DNA of 64,000 nucleotides. Origin: Octopus vulgaris (Eukaryota). The stretch is from contig OX597828.1 in the NCBI GenBank assembly GCA_951406725.2, positions 36,146,001 to 36,210,000 of the forward strand, given 5' to 3'. Both the position numbers and the translations under genes were made by a program. The notes beneath the pieces are model-generated. The model did not search any database. It was not told the DNA's origin and saw only the letters and a list, made by a program, of their open reading frames with translations. Below, one piece after another: positions 37,801 through 51,996 of the stretch (the first letter of the stretch is position 1; each line of letters opens with the position of its first letter).

Positions 37801-39363
37801 AGAGATATGTATGTACGTACATATACATGGATGGATGGATGATAATCCAGTGTAATTTTTATGCATTATATAATGTGTCCTGTTCTTTTTAAACAATAGG
37901 ATTGAATACGAGGCAGATTTGGTTACTATTTCCAACAAGCACATGTGGCTGCATAGAGGCTCTTTCTCTGTAAATCACAAACATTTACAGAACCTGCGCA
38001 CATCTTTAGTTTCCAGAGCATTAAACAGCTGATGAAATCACTATTTCCAACAACTGTATCGTTTAAGATCTTTACTTCATAACTTTATGGTTTTATATCC
38101 CAAGACATTGCATGGCACCTATGGTATGTATCATCATCATCATAATCCTTTGACATCCGTTTTCCATGCTGGCATGGGTTGGCTGGTTTGGCAAAAGTAT
38201 CTTCTGTAAAAACCTTGTGAGTGAAACTTGTTAGTAGGAGAATGTATGGAACCCAGTTAGGACCATTTCTGTTCATAGGTTGTTGACTTCCTCTGTCCTT
38301 ACAGTTTAACATCACCATGGCTATCATCACTTGGCATTTGGTCATCTTCAGCAGAGTCCACTCTGGGCCTACCAATGCCTTGTGAGTGAATTTGGTAGAT
38401 GGAAACTGTGTAGAAGCCTGCTGTGTGCATGTATGTGCATAAGTATTTGTCCCCTCCCCACCCACTACAACCACCCAACCGTTTGATAACCAATGTGGGT
38501 TTGTTTACATCCCTGTAAACTAGCAATTTAGCAAAAGAGATGGACAGAATAAGTACGAGGCTTTAAAAAAAAAGTACCCCAGGAGTGGATCTGTTTGACT
38601 AAACCCTTCAATAGGGTACTCACCCATCCCCACCCCCCACCATGGCTGCAGTCCAATGACTGAGATAAGTCTCTGTAGTTGTTTAGCCCCAGGTCAACCA
38701 TGATTAAGCAAAGATGTTCCACCCATGACAATCCAACCCTTACCTCATGCATTACTAATGAAAACATAACTACATTTCCCATTATCCTATCTGCTCCTTA
38801 CTCCATTTCCAGTGATTTCTAGCACAACAAGCAACCACATAGAGGCTTCCTTATTCACTTGATTTTCAAAGGTTTCGTTGAATTTCATATGCAACGAATC
38901 ACTTTAGAAGGATCTTAGTAAAAATAAAGCTGCAACTTAATATATTAGTATACGTACGTACACACATATAAATAAATATATATACATACATATATACGTA
39001 TGCATACATGCATACGTATATATGTATGTATGTATATATACATATATATTATGCTGGTGCTGATTAACTCAAATCTCATTCAAGTTATAATGAGATTTTA
39101 ATTGGGATTTTAAATAAATTCTGAACACTTTAGAGGAGGGGGTGTCAAGTGTGTTGGTATTAAGGTGTTAAGTAGACAGACCTTTCATAGTACCCTGATT
39201 TTACTCCTAGCAGTCAACAAAAAAATTGGTGGGGGGGGGGGGGTATTTTTTATTCTTTGCTGAAACAGTAACCCACAAATCATATAATGAATCCTTATGT
39301 GTGTATATACATACACACATGCAAACACATATACAGACATCTCTACACATGCTTATATATATA

Positions 39364-39651
39364 TCATCATCATCATTTAGCGTCCGCTTTCCATGCTAGC
39401 ATGTGTTGGACGGTTCAACTGGGGTCTGGGAAGCCAGAAGGCTGCACCAGGCCCGGTCTGATCTGGCAGTGTTTCTACGGCTGGATGCCCTTCCTAACGC
39501 CAACCACTCCGTGAGTGTAGTGGGTGCTTTTTACGTGCCACCAACACAGTTGCCAGATGGGGCTGGCAAACGGACACGGTCGGATGGTGCTTTTTACATG
39601 TCACCGGCACGGGGGCCAGGCAAGGCTGGCAACGGCCACAATCGGATGGTG

Positions 39652-39655
<4 letters not shown>
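39364..39655 (-). mobile_element. Family C (RTE 3' end), CpG-rich young copy
   Basis: Near-identical to 62462-62790 and 60951-61110. Confidence 0.85.
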
Positions 39656-39686
<31 letters not shown>

Positions 39687-39719
39687 CACACATACACACA
39701 CACACACACACAGACACAT

Positions 39720-40315
39720 CTTTTATCTTTTACTTGCTTCATTCATTGAAATACGACCATGCTGGAACACCATCGAAGTTTTTTAGTAGGATAAATCCCC
39801 ACCACCCCACAACTTAATTTCAAGTCTGGTACTTATTCTATTGGTCTCCATTACCAAACCGCTAAGTTAGAGAGATGTAAACAAACCAACACTGGCTGTG
39901 AAGCATAGTGGGAGGCAAACACAGACACACACGACTGCCTTCTTATTTCTTTATTGCCCACAAGGGGCTAAACATAGAGGGGACAAACAAGGACAGACAA
40001 AGGGATTAAGTCGATTACATCGACCCCTGTGCATAGCTGGTACATAATTTATCGATCCCGAAAGGATGAAAGGCAAAGTCAACTTCAGCGGAATTTGAAC
40101 TCAGAACGTAGCGGTAGACAAAATACCACTAAGCATTTCGCTCGGCGCGCTAATGTTTCTGCCAGCTTACAGCCTTTTTTTTAGTTTCTGTCAACCAAAT
40201 CCACTCAGAAGGCATTGGTTGGTCCAGAAGACATTTACCTAAGGTGCTATGAAGTGGGACCGAACTTGGAACCATGTGGTTGCAAAATGAGCTTCTTAAC
40301 TACACAGCCATGATG
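39720..40315 (-). mobile_element. SINE A interrupted by a full SINE B (about 39943-40175, tail variant 2)
   Basis: A tail ends at ...cgactgccttctt, B copy follows, A resumes at ttagtttctgtcaaccaaatccactc. Confidence 0.8.
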
Positions 40316-40320
40316 CCATA

Positions 40321-40377
<57 letters not shown>

Positions 40378-40494
40378 AACCATAAGCAAAAAATAATTAC
40401 AGGAAGTTTAAGGGTGCTGAGAGACTTAAACAGGAAGTCTAAGGGGTACTGGGTAGATTTGTAGACTGAAATGCTTCTCCAAAAAAGATGCAAA

Positions 40495-40532
<38 letters not shown>

Positions 40533-40714
40533 GTGTGTGTGTGCGTGCGTGTGTGTGTGTGTGTTACCCACACAGGTTATTTCAGCTCCAGCTGAGTCAT
40601 TAAAACATTGATGGTTTTTAGTTTAGTTTAACTGGTTCCGGTTCTTTGTGCACGTGTAGTATACGGGTGATGTATGCATGTGCATGAATACATATATGCA
40701 GATATGTTTATGGG

Positions 40715-40858
40715 TGTGTGCAAGCAAGTGTGTGTGTGTGCAAGCAAGTGTGTGTGTGCAAGCAAGTGTGTGTGTGCAAGCAAGTGTGTGTGTGCAAGCA
40801 AGTGTGTGTGTGTGTGTGTGTGTGCAAGCAAGTGTGTGTGTGTGTGTGTGTGTGTGTA
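40715..40858. repeat. (GCAAGCAA(GT)n)n compound minisatellite
   Basis: Six gcaagcaa interruptions in (GT)n. Confidence 0.9.
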
Positions 40859-42214
40859 TAAGTGTGAGGATGTACAGAAGTTTCTGAAAGAACACATGTG
40901 CATGTATGTATACAGAATATGTCTATGCACATTTGTATGTGTGCATACACGTGTGTGTGTATGTGTGTGTGTGTGTGCATGTTTGAGTGAGTGAAACCTC
41001 TTCCTTTTGATTGCATAACAAATAAAAGAATCAACAACAAAAACTGCTTTTCCAATTATAATTACCAGAAAAATTGTCGTATCCCATGATGCTACAGGTC
41101 AATTTAGTGAAAAAAAAAAGGATATTTTTTGCCCTGCCCACTTTCTCTATGGTCCATAAATTTTAATTTTCACACACATACACGTACGAAATATGCAATC
41201 AAATAAACTTTTTAATTGAAAGCCAAACCTTGTGAAATATCACCTTGTTTAAAATATTTCTATTATGTGTCTCGGGTTTTTGGAATAGGTGTTCTGAGTG
41301 CATGTCTTAAGAGACAACAGAAAGGGTTTATTTCAAGAAGATCAAACCACAATACTTTCTCAAAGTCTCCTCTAACTCATGCCAGCATAAAAAAAAAACA
41401 GACAGAAATGACTATAATTGTTTACAACCCTTACTATAAAATGGCTAGGCCACTATACAAAAACCCCAACATACCTTTGTCTTTGAAAGAAGACAAGATC
41501 AATCTTTCCAAGAACATTATATATATATATATATACATACATCTACACACATGGATACATATACACACACATACATACACTCATGCATTATATCTATCTA
41601 TATATACACATATACATACACACCTGATGTCGCTGTATAACCCTAGTCAACTCTGATCAAGCAGAACTATAATCAAGGCATTCCAGCCATGACCATCACA
41701 TCTTTTTTTCCTTAATTATGTTTTTTTTTACCTCAAGATGATATTGTTCAAAGGCAATTTGGCTGCTATTTCTATCAGGATGTGGGGAAGCAGGATGTAA
41801 TGGCTTCCTTGTTGCCACATACTGTCTTTCTTTGAGACTGGCTTTTGATATTTTTTCACTCTCCCCTTCCCCACCCTTGTGCTCTGCTCTCTGGAACTTG
41901 TGTCACACAACCTTCCCCCCAAGTTTACCTGACACACCCATCTCTCCTCCTCTTCCTCATCACCCACACCATGGCCTTATATTAACCCCAATGCCAAAAC
42001 TTGCCTCCCCATAATCCTCAACCCATTAGAATTCTCTTCCTGCCCATGTTTTTCCTGTAGATATCAACTCACAGATGTTTTAACCAAACATCTAGCGTAT
42101 CAATCACATCCCTAATCCCAGAGGAACTGTGAAGGTCAGGGGTACACCAGTACCCCCTCTGCTTCACTCTGACTGAATCCCATAAAATGGTTCAGAGTTT
42201 AGTGTAGCACCATT

Positions 42215-42600
42215 CTTTTACTCTTTTATTCTTTCACTTGTTTCAGTCAGTTGACTGCGGCCAGGCTGGAGCATTGCCTTTAATCGAACAAATCGACCAC
42301 AGGACTTTCTCTTTGTAAGCCTAGTACTTATTCTATCAGTCTCTTTTACTGAACTGCTAAGCTACAGGGATGTAAACACACCAACACTGGTATCTATTGT
42401 TGGTGGGGGGACAAACACAGACACACAAATACATACCAGGCTTCTTTCAGTTTCTGCCTACCAAATCCATTCACAAGACTTTGATCGGCCTAAGGCTATA
42501 GAAGAAGACACTTGCCCAAGGTGCCATGCAGTGGGACTGAACCTGGAAACATGTGGTTGGGAAGCAAGCTTTTTATCCCACAGCTATGCCTGCACCATCT
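42215..42600 (-). mobile_element. SINE A
   Basis: Complete family match. Confidence 0.85.
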
Positions 42601-42804
42601 GTACGTTTTATCTCCAAACAACTCAAGTATAGAAAATACTTAATTCCTTACATAAGCTCAATACTGGTGACAAGAGACAGAAAGAATATGGTATAAACAA
42701 ATGAACTGATTGCAGTACATTACTATTACTTATTTTATCAACCTCAGAGAGAAGATGAAAAAAATTTTTTAAAAAATAAAAAAAAGGAAAACAATTATTT
42801 TTTT

Positions 42805-43523
42805 CATCTATGGCCTATTTTGATTACTATTGTATTCTGGTGGACCCCCATAGCCATTCAATGTTTAAAAACTAGTTTTATAGAAATTTCTTTAAAAATT
42901 CCTATTTTGTTTTTCACACATTCACCTGTACTCTTTTACTCTTTTACTTGTTTCAGTCATTTGACTGCGGCCATGCTGGAGCACCGCCTTTAGTCGAGCA
43001 AATCGACCCCAGGACTTATTCTTTGTAAGCCTAGTACTTATTCTATCGGTCTGTTTTGCCGAACCGCCAAGTTACGGGGACATGAACACACCAGCATCGG
43101 TTGTCAAGCGATGTTGGGAGAACATACAAACACACACACACATATATACATACATATATACGACGGGCTTCTTTCAGTCTACCAAGTCCACTCACAAGGC
43201 TTTGGTCGGCCTGAGGCTACAGTAGAAGACACTTGCCCAAAGTGCCACGCAGTGGGACTGACCCCGGAACCATGTGGTTGGTAAGCAAGCTACTTACCAC
43301 ACAGTCACTCCTGCGCCTGTGTAGATTAAACTATGGAAAATGTTGGAGAAAGAAACCCAGCTGTTTCTTGCAATACACACCAATACATACAACTAAAGCA
43401 AAATTTTTTCAAGGGCCTTTAAGATACTACTGTGGATCCTTAATTTACTGTTTAGCTACATGGATCCCCAAAAATCTTATATGGACTTTCAGGGGCCGTA
43501 TGGACCCCAGTTGAGAACCACTG
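42805..43523. mobile_element. hAT MITE (same family as 16230) split by a full SINE A at 42929-43320 (-)
   Basis: ctggtggaccccca...cacacattcacctg | SINE | gtagattaaactatg...gttgagaaccactg. Confidence 0.85.
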
Positions 43524-43624
43524 CTTTAGGGATTGATAAGATAAGAACCTGTTGAGAATTGGGGTCAATGTAAATTGTCCAGCACCTCTCCCAAATTTCA
43601 GCCCTTGTGCCTCAGAAGAAAGGA

Positions 43625-43666
<42 letters not shown>

Positions 43667-43964
43667 GGGAAGGCAGTGGGCTGGAAGAATAATTAGTATG
43701 CCAGACAGAATGGTAAAGGTAAAGTTTTCTTCTCAAGTCATGTTGGAACTTATCAGTTTGACTGCCAACATTTCAAAAATTGAAGTTTACCAAAAATTTT
43801 AAAATTTGGCACAATAATTAATACACTTACCCAAACTTAATTGGTGTTATTTCATTTATAAAAAAAAAAAATGTTTTAAAAAGTTATCGAGGTTTAAAGT
43901 TTGATCATTTTCACCCAATCAGAAAACAGTATTTGGATGCAGTCATTTTGTGCAGGACTGCACA

Positions 43965-44186
43965 ACTCGTGAGAGCTGGTTTCCCGGTTTCCATGGTGTT
44001 TATATTCTCCACCTGGGATACTGGTCCATCACAGGATTGCTCATTTTTGCCAGCTGAGTGGACTGGAGCAACGTGAAATGAAGTGTTTTGTTCAATAACA
44101 CAATGCATCACCCGATCCAGAAATCGAAACCACAATCATACAATCATGATTCTAACACCCTAACCACTAAGCCACGTGCCTCCACA
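43965..44186 (-). mobile_element. SINE family G (V-SINE-like)
   Basis: gtggaggcacgtggcttagtggttagggtg...gtttcgatttc; cctgtgatggaccagtatcc central motif. Confidence 0.7.
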
Positions 44187-45005
44187 CATGCCTTTATATT
44201 CCAATTTTAAATTCCACAAAAGTTGACTTTAGCTTTCAAGCCTTTGGGGTCAATGAAATAAGTACCAGCTGAGCACCGGGGGTCAATGTAATCTAATGGC
44301 CCCCATCTTCCCCAAATTGCTGGCCATGTACCAAAATTTGAAACCAATATTTTCATCCCTCTGGGGGTCAATGTAAAGCTCACTTCCTGCCTCCCAACTC
44401 TCACCCCCAACTGCCACGCATCCAAGTTTCTGGCCATTTGCCAAACTGAGAATATATATATATATATATATTCTTTTTTTCCTTTTCTTCAACTTATTTC
44501 TGAACTAATTTTCGTTTAGCATCTGCAAAGAAAGATTTTGTTTTCCTTTCACAGCGCAAACACCATCACTGGAACTATACAGCAGCAGTGGTAGTGGTGG
44601 TGATGGTAGTAGTAGTAGTAGTAGTTTATAAAAAAAATTCTTGCCCCCCCTCCGCCACTGCCTCCACCACCAATCACCACTAGATGCCACACTTTTGCTT
44701 AAACACCACTCCCACCCCACTTCTGTATGAAGCCACCTTTCCCTTTTGATGTGGTGTGGGAATAAGATTCAAAGACTTCAACCAAAAGGAAAAAGGAAAA
44801 GATAAGAATAAAAGGGGTACCCTGTGGTGTAGGGGGGAGGGCTGGTGAAGGTACAGGTTAGAACAGGGTATAGGTGGTGCGGTGGATGGAGAAGGGCCAG
44901 GCTAGAGGGGGGGGGAGAAACATGCTGGGAGTTATTTAGGTAAACTGAGCAAGGGGTTAAATACAAATACATACACACACACACACACACATGTATGTAT
45001 ATATG

Positions 45006-45053
<48 letters not shown>

Positions 45054-45125
45054 CAAGTGCATTCATATACACACATACACACACTCCACTTTTAGAAACG
45101 AATTTTCTTTCAAATCTGCTATGGT

Positions 45126-45170
<45 letters not shown>

Positions 45171-45189
45171 GAGGACAATTACTTAGTTA

Positions 45190-45735
45190 TGGTAGAGATG
45201 GTGGTGGTGAAGGTAGTAGTAGCAGTAGTGGTGGTTGTGGTCGTAGTAGTAGTAGTAGTGGTGGTGGTGGTGGTGGTAGTAGCAGCGGCAGCAACAGTAG
45301 TAGTAGTATTAGTAGTAATGGTGGTGGTGGTGGGGGGGATGATAGTGAAGATGTATTCATGTAGCTGGTGGTGCCAATGATGTAGAGATGATGATGATGA
45401 TGGTGGTGGTGGTGGTGGTGGTGGTGGTGGTGGTGGCTAGATTGATTTTGATGACAGTGGTGGAGATGGTACACACAGATGGTTATAGTAGTAAATAGTG
45501 ATGATGGTGACAGATGCAAGAGTGATGATGATGATGATGATGATGAAAGTAGTAGGTGAGATGATGTGCCGATGATGGCAGCAGAGAGCGGATACGGGGG
45601 GGGGGGGGGGGGAATGTAAATGGCAAGCAAAAATTCAATAATAACAATAAAAAGTGTGAGCACTATCATCATAACAGCCCATCATCATCATCATCATCAT
45701 AACAGTCATTATCATCATCATCATCATCAACAGAG
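45190..45735. repeat. (GGT)/(AGT)/(GAT)/(CAT) trinucleotide tract
   Basis: Direct reading. Confidence 0.85.
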
Positions 45736-46414
45736 TTGCTAGAATCTTAAGAGTCAGCAATAAGCCAAATACACTGGCATCTTATTCCTCTTCACCCCCA
45801 CATCTCAGAAACATACTATTTTTGTGGTGCACTCCCACCATTACCCTACAATCCGCCGCCCCCTTCTACACTTCCAGACCCCTGACAAAGACTTAAATAA
45901 CCTGCAAATCCCCAGCTTTAATTCACCTGCCTACTGCCACCGCCACCACCACTGTCACTAACCTTGTTTCTGAGCAGAGCAACTCTCTAAATTAAGCATA
46001 TTCTTCACTATACGGCAACCCTCAATGAGGAGACCTCGATAGGGACGGGAGGGGTGGGGTGATGATGATGATGAAAGCTTGATATGCTAGAAACAACAGT
46101 CAAAGATTCTTCATATGATACAGTGGTCGTGTGATTAAGAAGTTTGCTTCTCCTAACCATATCGTCTTCACTTCAGTCCCACTGTGCCACACCTTCAGCA
46201 AATGTCTTCTACTATAGCCCCCACGCCAGCCAAAGCCTTATGAGTGGATTTGGTAGACAGAAACTGAAAGAAGCTCATCTCATGTGTGTAAAGTCAACCT
46301 GAGCAGAAGCTGAACTCGAGATTGTAAAGGACAAAATGGCCCTCAGCATTTTTGCCCAAAGTGTTAACGACTCTGCCAGCTCACTGCCTTAATATATATA
46401 TATATATATATTTT

Positions 46415-46739
46415 TCTTTTATTTATTTCAGTCATTCAACTGCAGCCATGCTGGAGTACCGCCTTAGTAAACCTAGTACTTATTCTATCAGTCACTTTTG
46501 CCGAACCGCTAAGTTAAAGGGATGTAAATGCACTAACATCAGTTGTCAAGTGAAGGTGGGGGACAAACACAGACACAAACATATATTAGGTTGTCCCAAA
46601 AGTTCGTAAACACTTGCGAAAATTGAATTTTTACTCGCCAAGTACTAACAAAAACAACAAAAATTATTCCTCAAAATAAAGACCATTATTTTCCAAGACT
46701 TTCTACGAACTTTTGGGACAACCTTATACATACATATAT

Positions 46740-46798
<59 letters not shown>

Positions 46799-46965
46799 CG
46801 TATACAATGGGCTTCTTTCAGTTTCTCTCTACCAAGTCCACTTACAAGGCTTTGGTCGCTCTGAGGCTGTAGTAGAAGACACTTGCCCAAGGTACCACAC
46901 AGTGGGACTGAACCCGGGCCTATGTGGTTGGGTAAGCAAGCTTCTTACCACGCAGCCACTCCTGT
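46415..46965 (-). mobile_element. SINE A carrying a mariner MITE in its microsatellite
   Basis: Family match interrupted at 46586-46726. Confidence 0.8.
46586..46726. mobile_element. mariner MITE
   Basis: TIRs ttaggttgtcccaaaagttcgta / tacgaacttttgggacaacctta; TA flanks. Confidence 0.92.
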
Positions 46966-47267
46966 GTATATCTTTTTGTGTTTCTGCCCCACCCACCCAC
47001 CCCACACACACAACCACCACCACTTGACAATTGTGTTGGTTTGTTTACATCCCCATAGCTTGTCAGTTCAGCCAAAGAAACCAACAGAATAAGTACCAGA
47101 CTTGAGGGAAAAAAAAACGAAAAAAAACAGTAGTGGGGTTAATTTGCGTGAGAAACCCTTTGAGATGGTGCCCCAACATGGCCGCAGTCCAATAACTGAC
47201 GCAAGTAAAAGATCCTATCAATTTAAAAATAACAGGAAAACAGAACAAATAATGTAGTACTAGATAG

Positions 47268-47570
47268 TCACTGTGACCGACCAGGCTATCAGATGCTGCT
47301 ACACATCGCTGGTCACAATGCGCTTTGCATTGTTTTAGCCTTCAAATGACGCCACCCCGCTGGCTAAGCGAGCAGGCCAACAGAATAAGGAGTGAGAGAA
47401 AGTTTTGGCGAAAGAGTACAGCAGGGATCGCCACCACCCCCTGCCGGAGCCTCGTGGAGCTTTGGGTGTTTTCGCTCAATAAACACTCACAACGCCCGGT
47501 CTGGGAATCGAAACCGCGATCCTACAACCGCGAGTTCGCTGCCACAACCACTGGGCCATTGCGCCTCACT
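47268..47570 (-). mobile_element. Young tRNA-derived SINE (family E) with an 11-bp TSD
   Basis: Head gaggcgcaatggcccagtggtt...gcggtttcgattcccagaccggg; TSD gtactagatag at 47257-47267 and 47571-47581; CpG-rich. Confidence 0.9.
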
Positions 47571-48941
47571 GTACTAGATAGACTGGACAATAATAAACAA
47601 AATGACATGATGAGCACAGTTGAAATATATTTGGTCAGAGGTCTACTTCATCAGGGCTGACCTAGAACTAAACAATCAGCATCAACAACACCATTGTTAC
47701 CAAAATTCACCACTACAACCACCATCAATACCAGCTTTATTATCTCCATTAACCTCTTATAAAAACCCAGGCCTGAAATTGTATCAAAAAAGACCAGCCT
47801 TTGTGTGTCGTTTTTGCTCTCAGTACAATACAAACATTCTCTTTTGATATGTTTCTGCATATACAGCTATTATGCTGCCTCTCCATCACTTGTAGTTCAA
47901 CTCTGACATGAGAGACTGACAGTTCATATGGGAATGATATGTTAGGTGTGTGTGAGTGGGGGGGGGGGAATAAAACAGAAAAAAAAAATGAAGTATAACC
48001 AAATGATTAACACAGTTTCATATGAACTAAGACAGCTCCTGGTTCTATGATACAAATTTCTTGTTTTTATGTGATCATCATCATCTTAACAGCCACTTTT
48101 CCATGCTTGCCTGGGTCAGACAGAGTTTATTGAGACAGATTTTCCACAGCTGAATACTGTTCCTGTTGCCAAATCCTACATGTTTCCTAGCAAAGTAATA
48201 TTTCCCAATGGCCAGGTTTGTTCTTGCAGAGTACTGGAAATGGATGACACTGCTTAAGACAGTGACAAGCGTTTTACAACTATCATGTAATGTCAAGAAA
48301 AGAGGTCTTTTCAATCTCAAGCACAGATTTTTTTTATGAATTTTTTTTAATTAAACACTTTGAAACTTTGGATACTGGTTGAATCTGTCACATAGGACTG
48401 GGTTTACTCCTAACGTTTTTGATAAAAGTTTGTATTTTAGAAGTTATTTCGTGTTAAAGTTGTCGTATTTGGGTAATTTTAACCAATCAATGACATGTAT
48501 TCAACTGAAGAAAGTTACTGCTGCTTGAGATTGAACAGATCCAAGACAAGGTAACATAAGATCTACTTGGTGTGCTTCAATTCTTCATTACTGTCCTTTT
48601 CAACACAAGCGCCATATGTCAGAAATGTATTCTATACATTAATTTCAAATTGTGGCACAACGCCAGCAGTTTCTGGGGAGGGGTTCAGTCAATTACATTC
48701 ATCCTTAAAGGATGAAGGCAAAGTGAACCTTGGTGGAATTTGAACTCAGAATGTAAGGACAGATAAAATACTGCTAACCATTTTGCCCATTGTACCAACA
48801 ATTCTGCTATTGTATTTTTATATACAATTCCTTATTGTATTTTATATATTAAATACTTTTGTGTATGAGGTCAGTGAGTCACCAGAATTGTTGCTATGCT
48901 GGACAAAATGCTAAGTGGCATTTCTTCTGACCTCTACATTC

Positions 48942-49476
48942 ATCCTCCTCATCATCATCATCACTTAATGTCCATTGTCCATGCTGGAATGGATTGGACA
49001 GTTTGACCAGGGATGGTAAGCTGGAAGGCTGCACCAGACTCCAGTCTTATTCGGCATGGTTTTCTACAGCTGGATGCCCTTCCTAATGCCAACCATTCGG
49101 AGAGTGTAATAGATGGTTTTACATGCCACCAGCACGGGTGCCATTTGCATAACACTAGTATCTGCCATAACTGCAATTTTGCTCAGCCTGATGGGTCTTC
49201 TTCTCAAGCATGATATAAAGCCAAAGGTCTCGATCATTGCTTCAGTGAGGCCCAATGCTCAAAAGGAACTCAGCCACTTTACCTCTGTGAGGCCCAACAC
49301 TCGATGGGTCCTCTTTACGTGCCACCAGCACAGGTGCCAGTTACATGACACCAGCATTGGCCATGACTAAGATTTCACTTGGCTTGATGGGTCTTCTCAA
49401 GCACAACATATTGCCAAAGGTCTAAGTTACTAGTCATTGCCTCTGTGAAGCTCAAAGTCTGAAGATCATGCTCCAC
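48942..49476 (-). mobile_element. Family C (RTE 3' end including ORF2 C-terminus repeats) inserted into SINE B (48870-49625, +)
   Basis: cattc duplicated at 48937-48941 and 49477-49481; SINE B head and body rejoin across the insert. Confidence 0.8.
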
Positions 49477-50219
49477 CATTCTGAATCCAAATTCTATTGA
49501 GGCTGACTTTGCCTTTAAACCCATTCAGGGTCGATAAAATAAGTACCAGTCTAAACACAGAGGTCAATGTAATTGACTGGCCCTTTCCCCAAAAATTTCA
49601 GTCATTGCACCTATCGTAGAAAGGATATTACACACTTGTGTGTCCTAGACAAATAATGTTGGATATGTTTGTGTCTTTTAATGATGGTATGTCATTACAG
49701 TTCTGAAAACATAACTTACATTCAAGATTGAGTTATTGTCAGTAATACAATATGAATTACTGCTTTATGATGCCATACACTGATTACATTTGTAAGTGTA
49801 CTATTATATTATGCACCCATATGTTCCAGATACATAATACTAAGTAAGTACACCAGTATATGTGTATGTGTTGTGTGTGTGTGTGTGGAATAGTGTATGA
49901 GTAGAAGTAAGAGCATATATGTGTAGGTATTTTCAACCATTAAGAAATAACTTTCAATTAAGACTCTGGTATTTGTCAGTAATAAAACATTTTTTTTTTC
50001 TTTTTTAAAGCTATATACGGTGTCACAAGTTCTGTTAATTGGAAGGGTAGTAATAAATAAATACCCTGTGAACTGTACTAATAATAATGATAATGATACT
50101 CTATGAAATTATGTGCAATGTTAAAAGTAAAATAACAAAAGATGGAATCACAGGAAAGAATAATGGCATCTTAATTCTTCTTTCTGGCCAACATCCAAAA
50201 TATCTAAGGAGATAGGGTA

Positions 50220-50266
<47 letters not shown>

Positions 50267-50536
50267 ATTTACTTCAATTTTCCATGCTTGCATGGCTCAG
50301 ATAATGATTCTTTTGTGAGAGCAATTATTGTTTACATACACACACTTACGTACATATGTACATAGATATATATGTTCATTTTCATGGGTGAATGCTGTTC
50401 TAACTCCAATAGGAAACAGGAATGGAACTCTAGTACTTGTTCAGTGAAGCAAAGTAAAGTATCTAACAGAACCTCGTTCAGGGACACAACACAATGGCCG
50501 TAGAATGATTTGAACTAATGAGCCATAGGCCATTTG

Positions 50537-50952
50537 GTATGGCTGTGTGGTTAAGAAGCTTGCTTTGCTACCAAGAGGTTTCTGGTTCAGTCTCACTGCA
50601 CAGCACCTTGGGCAAGTGTTTTCTACTCCAATCCCGGGCTGATTGATGCCTTGGGAGTGAATTTGGGAGATGGAAACTGTGTGGAAACCCAACATGTGTA
50701 TGTGTGTGTGTGTGTGCGCACATACATGCCTGTATTTGTCCCCCACACACCAATGTTGGTTTGTTTACATCCTAAGTTAGTGATTCGGCAAAAGAGACCA
50801 ACTGAATAAATACTGGACTTAAAAAACTGAAAACTGGGGCTGATTTGTTTCCTAAATACTTCAAGATGTTGCTCCAACATGGTCGCTGCCCATGCTGGGG
50901 CACCACCTTGAAGTGTTTAATTAAACAAAGTGTCCCCAGTACTTATTTATTT

Positions 50953-50984
<32 letters not shown>

Positions 50985-51100
50985 TTTCAAGTACTTATTT
51001 TATCACTTTCTTTTACTGAGCTGCTACATAACAGTGACAGAGGGGGGGAGGGGACATAAACAAACCAACACCGGTTGTCAAGCAGTGATTGGAGAATACA
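50537..51100. mobile_element. SINE A (+, 50537-50887) fused tail-to-tail with a SINE A tail (-, 50890-51100)
   Basis: gctccaacatggtcgc|tgcccatgctggggcaccaccttgaag junction. Confidence 0.7.
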
Positions 51101-51504
51101 AGAACAAAGACCCTAGTGCATTTATTTTTGTTTTTGGTGGGTTTTTTTTTCTCTTTTGAAGGTGTGTATAAAAGGGTGGATAAATGTCAGAGGGTGTGAA
51201 TTTAATTTTACAGATTCCAATGCAATTAGGTTGGTATATATGTGTGAGTGAGAGTGCGTAAATATATGTCAAGGCATATCTGAATCTAATAGGTCATTTA
51301 ATTGCGTAAATAATTATCTACAAAGTATTTGTAATTATACATATAACGTAATTACACTTATGTACTTATATACGTGTGTATACGCACACCTTAGACCTCT
51401 TTATAGACACATCAAATATTCTTTTTATCATTCTATAAATAGCTTTATCTTGCACTGCAGGAAGCTAAAAGCGGATCTTCTCAGTAAGAAGTAGCCGAGA
51501 GAGG

Positions 51505-51960
51505 AGACAGAGAGAGATGCGAGTAGAAAGATAAGGATGGGGATGGAAGACAATTAAGCGGAAGGGAAAAAGTGAGAGAAAGAAGAACAGAAAGAGACAA
51601 GGGGATGTGGAGAGAGAGAGAGGCACAGAGACAGAGAGAGAGAGAGAGAGACAGAGAGAGGGGACAGAGGGAGATGTGAGTAGAAAGATAAGGATGGAGA
51701 TGAAAGACAATTAAGCGGAAGGGAAATAGTGAGAGAAAGAAGAACAGAAAGAGACAAGGGGATGTGGAGAGAGAGAGAGAGAGAGAGGCAGAGAGAGAGA
51801 GAGAGAGAGAGGCAGAGAGACAGAGACAGACAGACAGACAGACAGACAAAGAGACAGAGACAGACAGACAGACAGACAGACAAAGAGACAGAGACAGACA
51901 GACAGACAGACAGAGACAGAGAGAGGGGACAGAGAGAGAGGGACAGAGACAGAGAGAAGG
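51505..51960. repeat. Purine-rich tandem duplication (period about 157 bp) and (GA)/(GACA)n
   Basis: gagtagaaagataaggatgg...acaattaagcggaaggg present twice. Confidence 0.85.
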
Positions 51961-51996
51961 GAAAACAAAAAGTGAAGTAGATAGATATTAACATTG

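Noticed and set aside
47490-47570. tRNA-like sequence
   Set aside because: Continues into a SINE body bounded by a TSD, so it is a SINE head rather than a tRNA gene; the same applies at 31880-31940 and 44110-44186
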